In this document: positions 12,035 to 22,094 of the stretch, piece after piece
Position numbering within the stretch: position 1 is the first letter of the stretch
Layout of the letters: every line of letters begins with the position of its first letter
Source: an uncultured Bacteroidota bacterium
GTDB taxonomy: Bacteria; Bacteroidota; Ignavibacteria; UBA10030; UBA6906
Reading direction: 5' to 3'
DNA: 64,000 bases
NCBI GenBank assembly: GCA_963700635.1
Contig: CAVOYH010000003.1
Coordinates: 1,632,001 to 1,696,000, forward strand
Position numbers and translations under genes: made by a program
Notes under the pieces: model-generated
What the model was told of the DNA's origin: nothing
Database searches by the model: none
Seen by the model: the letters and a program-made list of their open reading frames with translations, nothing else

Positions 12035-13373
12035 TGGCACGACTAAGCGAATAGTTTCGCAATATCTTCAAGATCCAGGAACTCAGCGGCCGCGGCATCC
12101 TGTTTACCGCGGCGCTCTTGCTGGTGGTGGTGCGCGTGGGAGCACACGTTACGCTTCCCGGGCGTCGATGCGCCATCTGCTGGCGCAGGCCGCAGGCGAA
12201 CCAGGCGGCCAACACGCTCTTCGGCTTGTACGACCTCTTCGTCGGCGGTGCCTTCTCCAATGCGGCCGATCTTCGCCCTGGGCATCATGCCGTATATCAG
12301 CGCATCGATCATCTTCAGCTCTTGGGCGCGGTGGTTCCGTATTTCCAGAAGCTTTCGAAGGAAGGCGAAGAAGGGCGCAAGAAGCTCACGCAGCTGACCC
12401 GGTACGGGACAGTGCTCGTGTCGGCACTGCAGGCGTGGGGTGTGAGCGTGCGGCTGACCAGTCTTACCGTCGAAGGGCAGCCGATCGTCCCGGTCGAAAT
12501 CCAGGGCTTTGGATTTGCCCTTCGGCACAATCATCTTCCTGACATCCGGAACGATGTTCATGATGTGGCTCGGCGAGCAGATTACGGAACGGGGAATCGG
12601 GAACGGTATCTCGCTGATCATCTTCATCGGCATCATCGCGCGGTTCCCCCACTCGATCATCGACCAGTTTCGCGTCAGCCAGAATCTCATCATCGGCCTG
12701 ATTATCATCGCCGTCAATGCGTCCGATCGTCGCCGGCGTTGTCCTGGTCACGCAGGGAACTCGCCGCATTCCGGTCCAGTATGCGAAGCGTGTCGTCGGC
12801 CGGAAGGTCTATGGCGGGGTCACCCAGTACATTCCGCTTGCGCGTCAATACTGCGGGCGTCATGCCGATCATCTTTGCGCAGTCGATCATGTTCATCCCG
12901 AGCACGATCCTTACGTTCTTCCCCGACAGCGAGTTCATGCAGAGACTCTCGGGCTATCTCTCAGTACACGTCCTTCACGTATTCGCTGATCTACGGTCTT
13001 ATGATCGTGTTCTTCACGTATTTCTATACGGCCATTGCCTTCAACCCGAAGGATGTTTCGGAGAACATGCAGAAGCAGGGCGGGTTTATTCCCGGGATCC
13101 GACCCGGCAAGCACACGTCGGACTTTATCGACAACATTCTGACCAAAATCACCTTGCCGGGATCGATCTTTCTGGCGATCATCGCCATTCTGCCCGGCGT
13201 TCGTGTCCCGTTCGGGGTCACGCCGAGCTTCGCGCAGTTTTTCGGCGGCACGAGCCTTCTGATTATGGTCGGTGTCGCACTGGATACGCTTCAGCAGGTG
13301 GAGTCGCATCTGTTGATGCGGCACTATGATGGATTCATGAAATCGGGCAAGCATCGAGGGGCGCAACCGCTAA
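12034..13373 (+). CDS. secY: Preprotein translocase subunit SecY (indel-broken)
   Basis: WLGEQITERGIGNGISLIIF; RVNTAGVMPIIFA; GGFIPGIRPG; FFGGTSLLIMVGVALDT. Confidence 0.96.
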
Positions 13374-13385
13374 CGGTCCGCGATC

Positions 13386-14184
13386 ATGGGAGCGATTCCG
13401 CTAAAGTCGCCGGATGAGCTCCAACGGATGCGCGAAAGCAGCAGAATTGTTGGTGAGGTTCTCGCGCTGATGGCGGAAGTCGGATCCAGGCCCGGGGTGA
13501 CGACACAGCGAGCTTGATGAGATGGCGGAAGGGTATATCCGGAGCACAGGGCGGTATTCCTGCATTCAAAGGGTATGGGCCGGACAAGAGGAATACGTTT
13601 CCGGCAACGCTCTGTGTGTCCATTGACGATGAGGTCGTCCACGGAATTCCCGGACGGACGGCGGCTGGAAGAATGCACAGATTGTGTCCGTCGATGTCGG
13701 AGTGAAGAAGGATGGATTTTTCGGCGACGGTGCACGCACGTATGGCGTCGGTCGCATCTCGGACGAGAAGCAGCGGTTGCTCCGCGTCACGGAAGAAGCG
13801 CTGTACGAGGGGATCCGGCAGGCACGGGCAGGGAATCACCTCCACGACATCTCCGCAGCGGTCCAGCGGCATGTCGAAGCCGCAGGGTTCTCTGTCGTGC
13901 GGGACCTCGTCGGTCACGGCATCGGAAAGAGTCTGCATGAGGATCCGGCCGTGCCGAACTACGGGACACCGGGAACAGGAATGATATTGAAAAAAGACAT
14001 GACGTTTGCAATCGAACCCATGGTTAATGCGGGGACACATGTCGTACGGCTCGATGATGATGGTTGGACGGTCAGGACTGCGGATGGACATCCGTCGGCG
14101 CATTTCGAGCATACGGTGGCAATCACGCAGGATGAACCTGAGATCCTGACACTGCATGGCGAAACAAGGTCCCATAAAAGTTGA
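13386..14184 (+). CDS. map: Type I methionine aminopeptidase (indels in 5' half)
   Basis: [15 protein letters not shown]; [13 protein letters not shown]; [13 protein letters not shown]; AIEPMVN; [11 protein letters not shown]. Confidence 0.95.
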
Positions 14185-14374
14185 CGGCGTGATCACCGAG
14201 ACACTGCCCAACGCGATGTTCAAGGTGAGCCTGGAAGGCGGGCATTCCATTCTTGCCCATATTTCCGGCAAGATGCGGATGAACTTTATCAAGATTCTGG
14301 TTGGAGACAAGGTGACGGTGGAACTGTCTCCGTACGACTTGACAAAGGGACGCATCACGTACAGGTACAAATAA
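14156..14374 (+). CDS. infA: Translation initiation factor IF-1
   Basis: [22 protein letters not shown]...[23 protein letters not shown]. Confidence 0.98.
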   Translation: MAKQGPIKVDGVITETLPNAMFKVSLEGGHSILAHISGKMRMNFIKILVGDKVTVELSPYDLTKGRITYRYK

Positions 14375-14392
14375 GGACGGAGCGGTCAGAGC

Positions 14393-14506
14393 ATGAAAGT
14401 TCGGTCATCCATCAAGAAAATATGCCGGAACTGCAAAATTATCCGTCGGAAGGGTGTGGTGCGTGTGATTTGCACCAATCCGAAGCACAAACAGCGTCAA
14501 GGGTAA
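14393..14506 (+). CDS. rpmJ: 50S ribosomal protein L36 (not in ORF track)
   Basis: Manual translation [37 protein letters not shown]. Confidence 0.97.
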   Translation: MKVRSSIKKICRNCKIIRRKGVVRVICTNPKHKQRQG

Positions 14507-14518
14507 AGGAGAACAGGC

Positions 14519-14902
14519 GTGGCACGAATAGCGGGAATTGACCTGCCCAAGAAGAAGCGCGCGGAAGTCGGGCTGACGTACATCACCGGTCTTGGCCGCA
14601 CGTCGGCACGCGCCATCCTGGCGCGGGCGGGCGTGGACGTCAACAAGAAGATCGGTGATCTGGATGACGATGAGGTGCAGCGGATCCGCGGCATCATCAC
14701 GGCCGACTACAAGGTCGAAGGTGCGCTCCGCAGCGAAGTGCAGATGAACATCAAACGGTTGATGGACATCGGCTGCTATCGCGGGATCCGTCACCGCCGC
14801 GGTTTGCCTGCGCGTGGCCAGCGGACACGGACGAATGCCCGTACCCGGAAGGGCCGCAGGAAGACCGTCGCCGGCAAGAAGAAGGTCGCGGCGAAGACCT
14901 AA
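14519..14902 (+). CDS. rpsM: 30S ribosomal protein S13
   Basis: ARIAGIDLP...[28 protein letters not shown]. Confidence 0.98.
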   Translation: MARIAGIDLPKKKRAEVGLTYITGLGRTSARAILARAGVDVNKKIGDLDDDEVQRIRGIITADYKVEGALRSEVQMNIKRLMDIGCYRGIRHRRGLPARGQRTRTNARTRKGRRKTVAGKKKVAAKT

Positions 14903-14930
14903 GAAGAACATTCACGACACGGAGGCAGGT

Positions 14931-15344
14931 GTGGCAAAGTCCAGCCAGCAGGGCGGATCAAAGGCGGATGGTGTCCGCAAGAAAAAGAAGATCCAGGTTG
15001 ATGTCAGCGGGAAGGTGTTCGTCAAGGCGACGTTCAACAACGTCATTGTGACCATCACCGATGTCTATGGCAACACGATCAGCTGGTCTTCTGCCGGAAA
15101 GAACGGTTTCAAGGGGTCGCGCAAGAATACCCCCTTTGCTGCCCAGGTGTCCGCCGAAGCCGCCGCCAAGACAGCCCATGATATGGGTTTGCGCAAGGTT
15201 GATGTGTTTGTTAAAGGCCCCGGGTCAGGCCGCGAAGCGGCGATCAGGGCACTTCAGACCGCGGGCCTGGAAATCGGCAGTATCCGGGACGTAACGCCGA
15301 TCCCACACAACGGATGCCGGCCCCCCAAGAGACGCAGAGTATAA
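14931..15344 (+). CDS. rpsK: 30S ribosomal protein S11
   Basis: GTG start after GGAGG; [12 protein letters not shown]...[14 protein letters not shown]...[18 protein letters not shown]. Confidence 0.98.
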   Translation: MAKSSQQGGSKADGVRKKKKIQVDVSGKVFVKATFNNVIVTITDVYGNTISWSSAGKNGFKGSRKNTPFAAQVSAEAAAKTAHDMGLRKVDVFVKGPGSGREAAIRALQTAGLEIGSIRDVTPIPHNGCRPPKRRRV

Positions 15345-15360
15345 CGCAGGAAGGACGTCA

Positions 15361-15990
15361 ATGGCAAGATATACCGATCCCAGTTGCAGGTTGTGCCGCC
15401 GTGAGCGGCAGAAGCTCTTCCTGAAAGGGACGAAGTGTTTTACCGAGAAGTGCCCCGTGGAACGCCGCGGCTACCCCCCGGGGCAGCACGGGCAGTCGCG
15501 CCGGACAAAAGTCTCCGAATACGGTTTGCAGCTTCGGGAGAAGCAAAAGGTCCGGAGGATGTACGGGCTGCAGGAGACCCAGTTCCGGAACACATTCACC
15601 AAAGCGCTGAAGCAGACCGGACGGACGGGAGAGACGCTAGTCAAGCTGCTGGAACGCCGCTTTGACAATGTGGTTTACCGGCTCGGCTTCGCCGCGTCGC
15701 GCAAGGCCGCCCGCCAGTTGATCGTCCATGGACACTTCATGGTGAACAACAGGGCGGTGGATATTCCGTCGTACCTTCTCCGGGCCGGCGACACTGTCCA
15801 GGTGCGCGACAAGAGCAAGAAACTCGAAGTCCTGCATGCGTCCATGAAGCGCATGAAAGATACCGCCATGTTACCGTGGCTCAGCCTTGACAAGGCCGCG
15901 ATGGCAGGCACGTTCCTGAATATTCCCGAACGCGCCGATATACCCCTGAACGCCGACGAACAGTTAATCGTCGAATTGTATTCGAAGTAA
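15361..15990 (+). CDS. rpsD: 30S ribosomal protein S4 (zinc-ribbon type)
   Basis: [17 protein letters not shown]...KC; [12 protein letters not shown]; [14 protein letters not shown]. Confidence 0.98.
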   Translation: MARYTDPSCRLCRRERQKLFLKGTKCFTEKCPVERRGYPPGQHGQSRRTKVSEYGLQLREKQKVRRMYGLQETQFRNTFTKALKQTGRTGETLVKLLERRFDNVVYRLGFAASRKAARQLIVHGHFMVNNRAVDIPSYLLRAGDTVQVRDKSKKLEVLHASMKRMKDTAMLPWLSLDKAAMAGTFLNIPERADIPLNADEQLIVELYSK

Positions 15991-16017
15991 GTGACAGTCA
16001 GAGAGGGTGACAACGCC

Positions 16018-17004
16018 ATGACCATCGGAACAATCCAGATGCCGGACAAGATACACCTGGACGAGGCGACGCACTCCCCGACCTTCGGGCGCTTCATCGT
16101 CCAGCCCCTCGAAAAGGGGTTCGGTGTGACGATCGGCAACTCCATGCGGCGCGTCCTGCTCTCCGCGCTGCCGGGCTATGCGATCACCGCGTTTCGCGTT
16201 GATGGCGTCGCCCATGAGTTTTCAACAATCCCGGGCGTGGTGGAGGATGTACCGGACATCGTGCTGAACCTGAAACAGGTCCGGATGAAGATGATCAACA
16301 AGAAAACCAACCGGGTGGTGGTGGCACTCAAAGGGCCTATGGACGTAACGGCCGCGGAGATCCAGAAGGCCTCCCCCGACATCGAGATCCTGAATTCATC
16401 GCTGCATATCGCCACATTGAACGCGGACGCCAATTTCGAATTGGAGCTGCGGATCGGTCGGGGTGTCGGCTACGTCGTCGCGGAAGAGAACAAGGCGCCG
16501 GATCAGCCTCTGGGGCTGATCCCGATCGATGCAGTGTTCACACCCATCACCAACGTGCGCTACAATGTGGAAACAACCCGTGTCGGCCAGCAAACGGACT
16601 ATGAGAAACTGGCTCTCGACGTCGACACCGACGGATCGGTCACACCCGAAGATGCGCTTGCCTTTGCGGGAAAGATTCTGCGTGATCACATCCAGCTCTT
16701 CATCAACTTTGACGTCGAGCCGGAAGCTCCCAAAGAGGAGTCTGCCCAGGATGCGGAATTCCAGCGCGTCCGCAAGGTGCTTCTGACGCCGGTTGACGAG
16801 CTGGAGCTCTCGGTCCGCTCGCACAACTGCCTGCGTGCTGCCAACATCAAGACCATTGCCGACCTTGTCCGCCGCGAAGAAGCCGAGCTCCTGAAATTCC
16901 GGAATTTCGGGCGGAAGTCCCTCGCAGAGCTGTCTGAGATTATAGAAGCGGAGAAGTTGACGTTCGGGATGGACGTCGACAGGTACCTTAAAGAGAATGA
17001 ATGA
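16018..17004 (+). CDS. rpoA: DNA-directed RNA polymerase subunit alpha
   Basis: PLEKGFGVTIGNSMRRVLLS; HEFSTIPGVVED; ELELSVRSHNCL; RNFGRKSL. Confidence 0.98.
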   Translation: MTIGTIQMPDKIHLDEATHSPTFGRFIVQPLEKGFGVTIGNSMRRVLLSALPGYAITAFRVDGVAHEFSTIPGVVEDVPDIVLNLKQVRMKMINKKTNRVVVALKGPMDVTAAEIQKASPDIEILNSSLHIATLNADANFELELRIGRGVGYVVAEENKAPDQPLGLIPIDAVFTPITNVRYNVETTRVGQQTDYEKLALDVDTDGSVTPEDALAFAGKILRDHIQLFINFDVEPEAPKEESAQDAEFQRVRKVLLTPVDELELSVRSHNCLRAANIKTIADLVRREEAELLKFRNFGRKSLAELSEIIEAEKLTFGMDVDRYLKENE

Positions 17005-17033
17005 TCGATTGAACGAGAGAGCGGACAACACCT

Positions 17034-17609
17034 ATGCGACATCGTAAAGCAGGCCGGAAACTGAAACGCACGGCGAGCCATCGCCGGGCGACACTGAGCT
17101 CCCTTGCGACGGCATTGCTCCGGCACAAGCGCATCACGACCACCGTTGCAAAGGCCAAAGAAACCCGCCAGGTGGTGGAGAAACTGATCACACGCGCCAG
17201 ACATGCCCGGGCAACAGACACCGCCACGGCCGGACCCGCCGTCTCCGAGCGGTCGAAAAAATTCGTGGAGGCCGGCGGCCATGCACGGCGCGAGGTCGCC
17301 AAGCTCATCAAGGATCGTGCAGTTGTCGCGGAGCTGTTTTCCGGCATCGTTGAAAAGATTGCAGCGCGGCCGGGCGGATACACACGGATTGTGAAGCTCG
17401 GACAGCGGTACGGTGACGCTGCGGAAATGGCCGTGATCGAGCTCGTCGATTTCAATACAGGCCAGGAACCGTCGGCCAAGAAGACCGAAAAACCGGCTAA
17501 GAAAGCCGCCGCCAAACGCAAAAAAACTCCCACGAAGAAGAGCGCAACTGCGACCGCCGCCCCGGCACCGGGGGAGAGCACCGATACGCACCCGGCGTCA
17601 TCACGCTGA
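17034..17609 (+). CDS. rplQ: 50S ribosomal protein L17 with internal insertion and Lys/Ala-rich tail
   Basis: [17 protein letters not shown]; [28 protein letters not shown]. Confidence 0.97.
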   Translation: MRHRKAGRKLKRTASHRRATLSSLATALLRHKRITTTVAKAKETRQVVEKLITRARHARATDTATAGPAVSERSKKFVEAGGHARREVAKLIKDRAVVAELFSGIVEKIAARPGGYTRIVKLGQRYGDAAEMAVIELVDFNTGQEPSAKKTEKPAKKAAAKRKKTPTKKSATATAAPAPGESTDTHPASSR

Positions 17610-17634
17610 ATCCGCAGTCCGGCGCGTGTAGCCC

Positions 17635-18228
17635 ATGAAGATCGTCTCGGCGGAATTTATCCTTGGAGCAGTCAACCTCCGGCAGCTCCCCAAGGAGGGA
17701 CTGAAGGAAATCGCTTTCCTCGGTCGGTCCAACGTTGGGAAATCCTCGTTCATCAACAAGCTCTGTAACCGCAAAGCTCTTGCCCGCCCGAGTGCCGAGC
17801 CAGGCAAAACTCGCGAGATGAACTATTACCTTATCAATGGCGATTTCTTTTTCGTCGATCTGCCGGGATACGGCTATGCCCGTCTACCGGAACAGATCCG
17901 GTCCAGCTGGGGAAAACTCATCGAGCAGTATCTGAAAAGCCGCACACAGCTGTCGCTTGTTCTCCAGCTCGTGGATGCCCGACACCAGCCGACAGAACTC
18001 GACATGATGATGGTGGGATGGCTTGACTACTATCAGATACCGTTCCTGGTTGCGCTGACGAAAGCCGACAAACTCCCCGTCAGTAAGATGCCGCGCATCG
18101 TGCAGGCTGCAAAAGACAAGTTTGCACAGTTTGCGAACTGCCGGGATGTCCTCCCCTTCTCCTCGATAAACGGCCTCGGGAAAGCGGACGTGATGCGCGT
18201 CATTGCGGCGCACCTCTCACGGACCTGA
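17635..18228 (+). CDS. engB: Ribosome biogenesis GTPase YihA/YsxC (EngB)
   Basis: GRSNVGKSS, PGKT, DLPGYGYA and TKADK motifs. Confidence 0.95.
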   Translation: MKIVSAEFILGAVNLRQLPKEGLKEIAFLGRSNVGKSSFINKLCNRKALARPSAEPGKTREMNYYLINGDFFFVDLPGYGYARLPEQIRSSWGKLIEQYLKSRTQLSLVLQLVDARHQPTELDMMMVGWLDYYQIPFLVALTKADKLPVSKMPRIVQAAKDKFAQFANCRDVLPFSSINGLGKADVMRVIAAHLSRT

Positions 18229-18606
18229 ACGAAGGGTACGGTACTCCCCACCTGCACGGGATACACCTCATGACGCACCGCTCTTCACGGCCTGACGCCC
18301 CTTGCGTCGGGTGACCCTTTCATCACGACACGACTCTCTTTACACCTTGTCCGACACTGGTGCCCTGAAGCGGCCATTGGATCCATGCGGGTTGCAGGCG
18401 CGGGCCAGTGGTGGGTCTGAACGCTGATCAGGGGAGCTTGTGGGCGTAAGGCGGCCCCGATCTCCGGGGGTGGCCTCACGTGTTGATCCAGGAGGGCAAA
18501 GGTGCGCAATAGGGCTATTTCCCGAGTGGTAACCTCGTTTTTGGACACGGCTGGCGCGTGGAAATTTATATTTGCGACGAATTGGGGCATTTTTTACTTG
18601 AAACAC

Positions 18607-18635
18607 TTGACAAACACAACGCCACTCTTTATATT
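18607..18635 (+). promoter_or_regulatory. sigma70-type promoter of the TBDR operon
   Basis: TTGACA-N17-TATATT in an AT-rich context. Confidence 0.75.
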
Positions 18636-19012
18636 TACTCACCACCAACGAATATCCACCCTAACCGCTACAAGATTCTTCTCAACAATTACCGTCCAAA
18701 GGAGGTGACGTAACCGGCATCATTGCTTACGCCTTGTTTCACCATCTCACCGCAACACCCCCATGCTTGTGATCGCGGTTCGGTCACAGCGGTCGCAGGT
18801 GGATTCCTGTTCCCTACACCGTGTGCTGATGCGTGAACACGCGCAAGCTCCGGAGCGTTCATGAGCGGATGTGCTCCGGTTGCGAAGCGTGTTGCCCCGA
18901 GGGGTTCCTCATCGCCGGTGCTTCGTGTTCCTGTTTTCCTGTGATTCAGGGGCGTAGTGATTTGTGCTTTATCTGCTGTCGGTTTTTCAGCCAACACAAG
19001 AGGAGGTAGCAC

Positions 19013-21999
19013 ATGCAACGCAAGCTCTTCGCTGTTCTGTTTGCAGCCGTATTGCTCCCCGCGCTGCTTCTTGCCCAGGATGGCAAGTTGCGCGGGCGGG
19101 TGACGGATAGGGACTCCGGCGAGCCGCTCGTCGGTGCGAACGTGTTCGTGGAAGGCACGAACCTTGGCGCCGCGTGCGACATCAACGGGGACTACATCAT
19201 CCTCAGTGTCCGGCCCGGAGTCTATACGATCCGTGTGTCGTACGTCGGATACAATCAGTTCACGCTTTCCAATGTTCGTATCAGTTCCAGCCTCACCACG
19301 ACGCAGGACCTGAAGCTGACAAGTTCAGCCATTCAGGTGCAGGCGGTCGAGATTGTTGCTGAACGTCCGCTCGTTCAGCGCAACACGACCAACACCGTGC
19401 GTCTGCGACCCAGGAAGATATCGAGAACCTCCCGATCCGCGGCATCCAGAATATCGTCGCTCTGCAGGCCGGTGTGGTTCAGCAGGGTGGCAACCTGTAT
19501 GTTCGCGGCGGTCGTGCAGGCGAAGTCGCCTACTACGTTGATGGCGCCAACGTCACCAACCCGCTTTCCAACTCCGAGGCGGTCTCGATCATTCAGGAAG
19601 CGGTGGAGGAACTCCAGCTGCAGTCCGGCGGGTATACGGCCGAATACGGCGGTTCCTCGTCCGGTATCGTCCGCACGAACGTGCGTACGGGTGGCAGCAC
19701 ATACAAGGCATCCATCGACTATCTGACCGATGATTTTGCGAAACCGGGGAAGCAGTTCCTCGGAACCTCTTCGGTCGGCTACCGCAACATCGTGGCAACT
19801 CTGAGCGGTCCGGTACCAGGTGTGCAGAACATGAACTTCTTCCTCGCCGGGCAGCACAACTACAACCGGAACCGCCAGTTCATCTGGCTTACACCGTTTG
19901 AGTTCGACCTCAAGACGGACATAAACGACTCGCGCGGCGCGGGGAAGGATCTTCCCGGACCGATCGGTTTCAGGGAGAATTATCTCCCGAACAACTGGAT
20001 CTTCACGAACAGCCTTCAGGGAACGCTGCTGTATGAAATGCAGCCGGTGAAGTTCCGGTTCACGGGGAGCTGGTCGTATCAGGAGAACCCGACGCGGGGT
20101 GCCTGGCAGGGAGCACTGGCGAACGTGTTCGCCCAGGGCAGAAGCCCCATCGAGAAGCGCAATAACGCGTTCGGAAGCCTGCGCATGACCCACGTGATCG
20201 ACGCCTCGACCTACTATGAGATCACGGCGTCGTATCTGAGCCGCTCGTACCAGCGGTTCGATCCGGACTTCGGCAACAACTGGACGAAGTTCATGGACAG
20301 CACGGCCAACGCCCAGCTCGGGTACACAGGATTCACCAGCCGGTGGATCGGGCCTCTGGGCTACAGTGTCATCAATGGCTTTGCGCTCAACAACGAATTT
20401 ACTCCCAACAACAGCTACCAGATCAACAAGCAGCAGGAATGGGGCTTTGCCGCAGACCTGACCCGCCAGATGAACAAGAACTGGGAGATGAAAGTTGGCG
20501 GCCGCGTTGATCTCTGGACGATGCGCCTTTTCTCGGTTGGCAACATCTCCAACTACATGACCTACCTCTACGGCACGAGGGGGAACAGCTACCGCACGTT
20601 CACGAGTGAAGCAGCGCGGCGGATTGAGCTGGCGAAAAGCGGTGCCGGAAATATCAACTACTACGGATACAATGTTGACGGTATTCAAACGAACGACGGT
20701 CTGGACGCGCCGCGGAAGCCTGTCTTCCTGAACGGCTATGTTCAGAGCAAGTTCGAGTACCGGGACCTTATTCTCAGCGTCGGTCTCCGCTACGAATACT
20801 TCAATCCGAAGCACAAGTCATTCGCCGATCCGCTCAACCCCGATTTCAATGCGGATCTCGACGTGATCGACGAGTCCACGCAGAAGACAGTAGATGCCTA
20901 CCAGCTTCTGCTCCCCCGTATCAGCTTGTCGTTCCCGGTGACGGATAACACCGTCTTCTACACGCAGTACGGGAACTACGCCCAGATGCCCAGTCTGGAC
21001 AACATCTACGTGGGCAGCACAGTTCTGAGCCGTACAGTCAGCCCGCTCAGCCGGGGCAACGCATACCTGGTCCCCATTGGATTCCTCGTGCGTCCGGAAC
21101 GGACAACCCAGTACGAAATGGGTATCCGGCAGGTGCTGAGCAGCAATTTTGCCTTCACGCTCAGCGGCTTCTACAAGGACATCAAGGACCAGATCCAGGT
21201 CCGCTCGGTCCTCGATGCGAACGGCGTTGAACTGTACAAGGCATACCTGAACGAGGATTTTGGTACCGTGAAGGGTATCGAGTTGACCCTCGAGCTCCGC
21301 AGGACGAATCGTTTTGCGGCGAAAGTGAACTACACGCTTTCGGATGCCCGCGGGACCGGTTCCAGCAGCACGACGGGCTTCGGTGCCCTGGAGCAGAACA
21401 TCGGGCGTGCGACGTCGTACATCAACCCGCTCGATTTCAACCAGACACACCGCGGCTCCATTCTGCTTGACTACCGCTGGGGCATGGACGAAGGCGGACC
21501 GGTATTATCCGGTATCGGTGCCAACGTCCTCTTTACGTTCAACAGCGGCCGTCCGTACACGAAGATTCAAGAGCTGAAGGAGCTCGGACAGTCCGATCCG
21601 TGGACCGTCGGTGTCGAACCGAACAACGATCCGCGGTACAGCTACCCGACGGAACCGGTGAATACGTCCACCACGCCGTTCTTCTTCAACATCGACCTCC
21701 AGGTGAGCAAGATGTTCAAGGTTGGTCCGCTGTCTCTGGAGCTGTATGCGAACGTGCTGAACTTGCTGAACTCGAAGCAGGTCATCATGGTCTACCGGAC
21801 GACTGGCAGCGCGCAGGATGACGGATTCCTGACGAACCCGCTCTCCGCAGGTTATCGCCAGATTCCGAACTATGATGCATTCTATCGCGCCATCAACCTT
21901 GAAAACCGCTGGGCAGCGTACAGTACCGGTCGGCCGGCACTTGGCGACCTGTACGGAACGCCCCGGCAGATCCGTGTTGGATTGAGGGCAGAACTCTGA
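19013..21999 (+). CDS. TonB-dependent outer-membrane receptor with N-terminal carboxypeptidase-regulatory-like domain (one frameshift near 19405; ~995 aa)
   Basis: Signal peptide; GKLRGRVTDRDSGEPLVGANV; plug LYVRGGRAGEVAYYVDG..GGYTAEYG; LLPRISLSFPV; PERTTQYEMG; C-terminal PRQIRVGLRAEL; SD GAGGAGG. Confidence 0.9.
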
Positions 22000-22094
22000 C
22001 CCTGACCGGTCCGACCGGCCCGCCTTCATGTGCGTGCCGGTGGTAAGGACCCACGGTAGTGTATGTTCAGGCTAACAACAAGGAGTAGCGAACA

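Noticed and set aside
13373-13386. Missing adk between secY and map
   Set aside because: secY-map-infA without adk is common in Bacteroidota/Chlorobi-related lineages.
1-13700. Mass pseudogenisation or programmed frameshifting of ribosomal genes
   Set aside because: The genes are essential, indels go in both directions at random sites, and they stop abruptly near 13.7 kb, which fits sequencing error.
18640-19012. Cobalamin riboswitch ahead of the TBDR (btuB-like)
   Set aside because: No B12-box or conserved GGGAA/GCCACTG core is recognisable, and the receptor is larger than BtuB with an extra N-terminal domain.
19375-20814. Long antisense ORFs (e.g. 479 aa here, 35801-37153, 56524-57738, 62556-63872)
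   Set aside because: Shadow ORFs opposite well-supported genes in GC-rich DNA, with no motifs.
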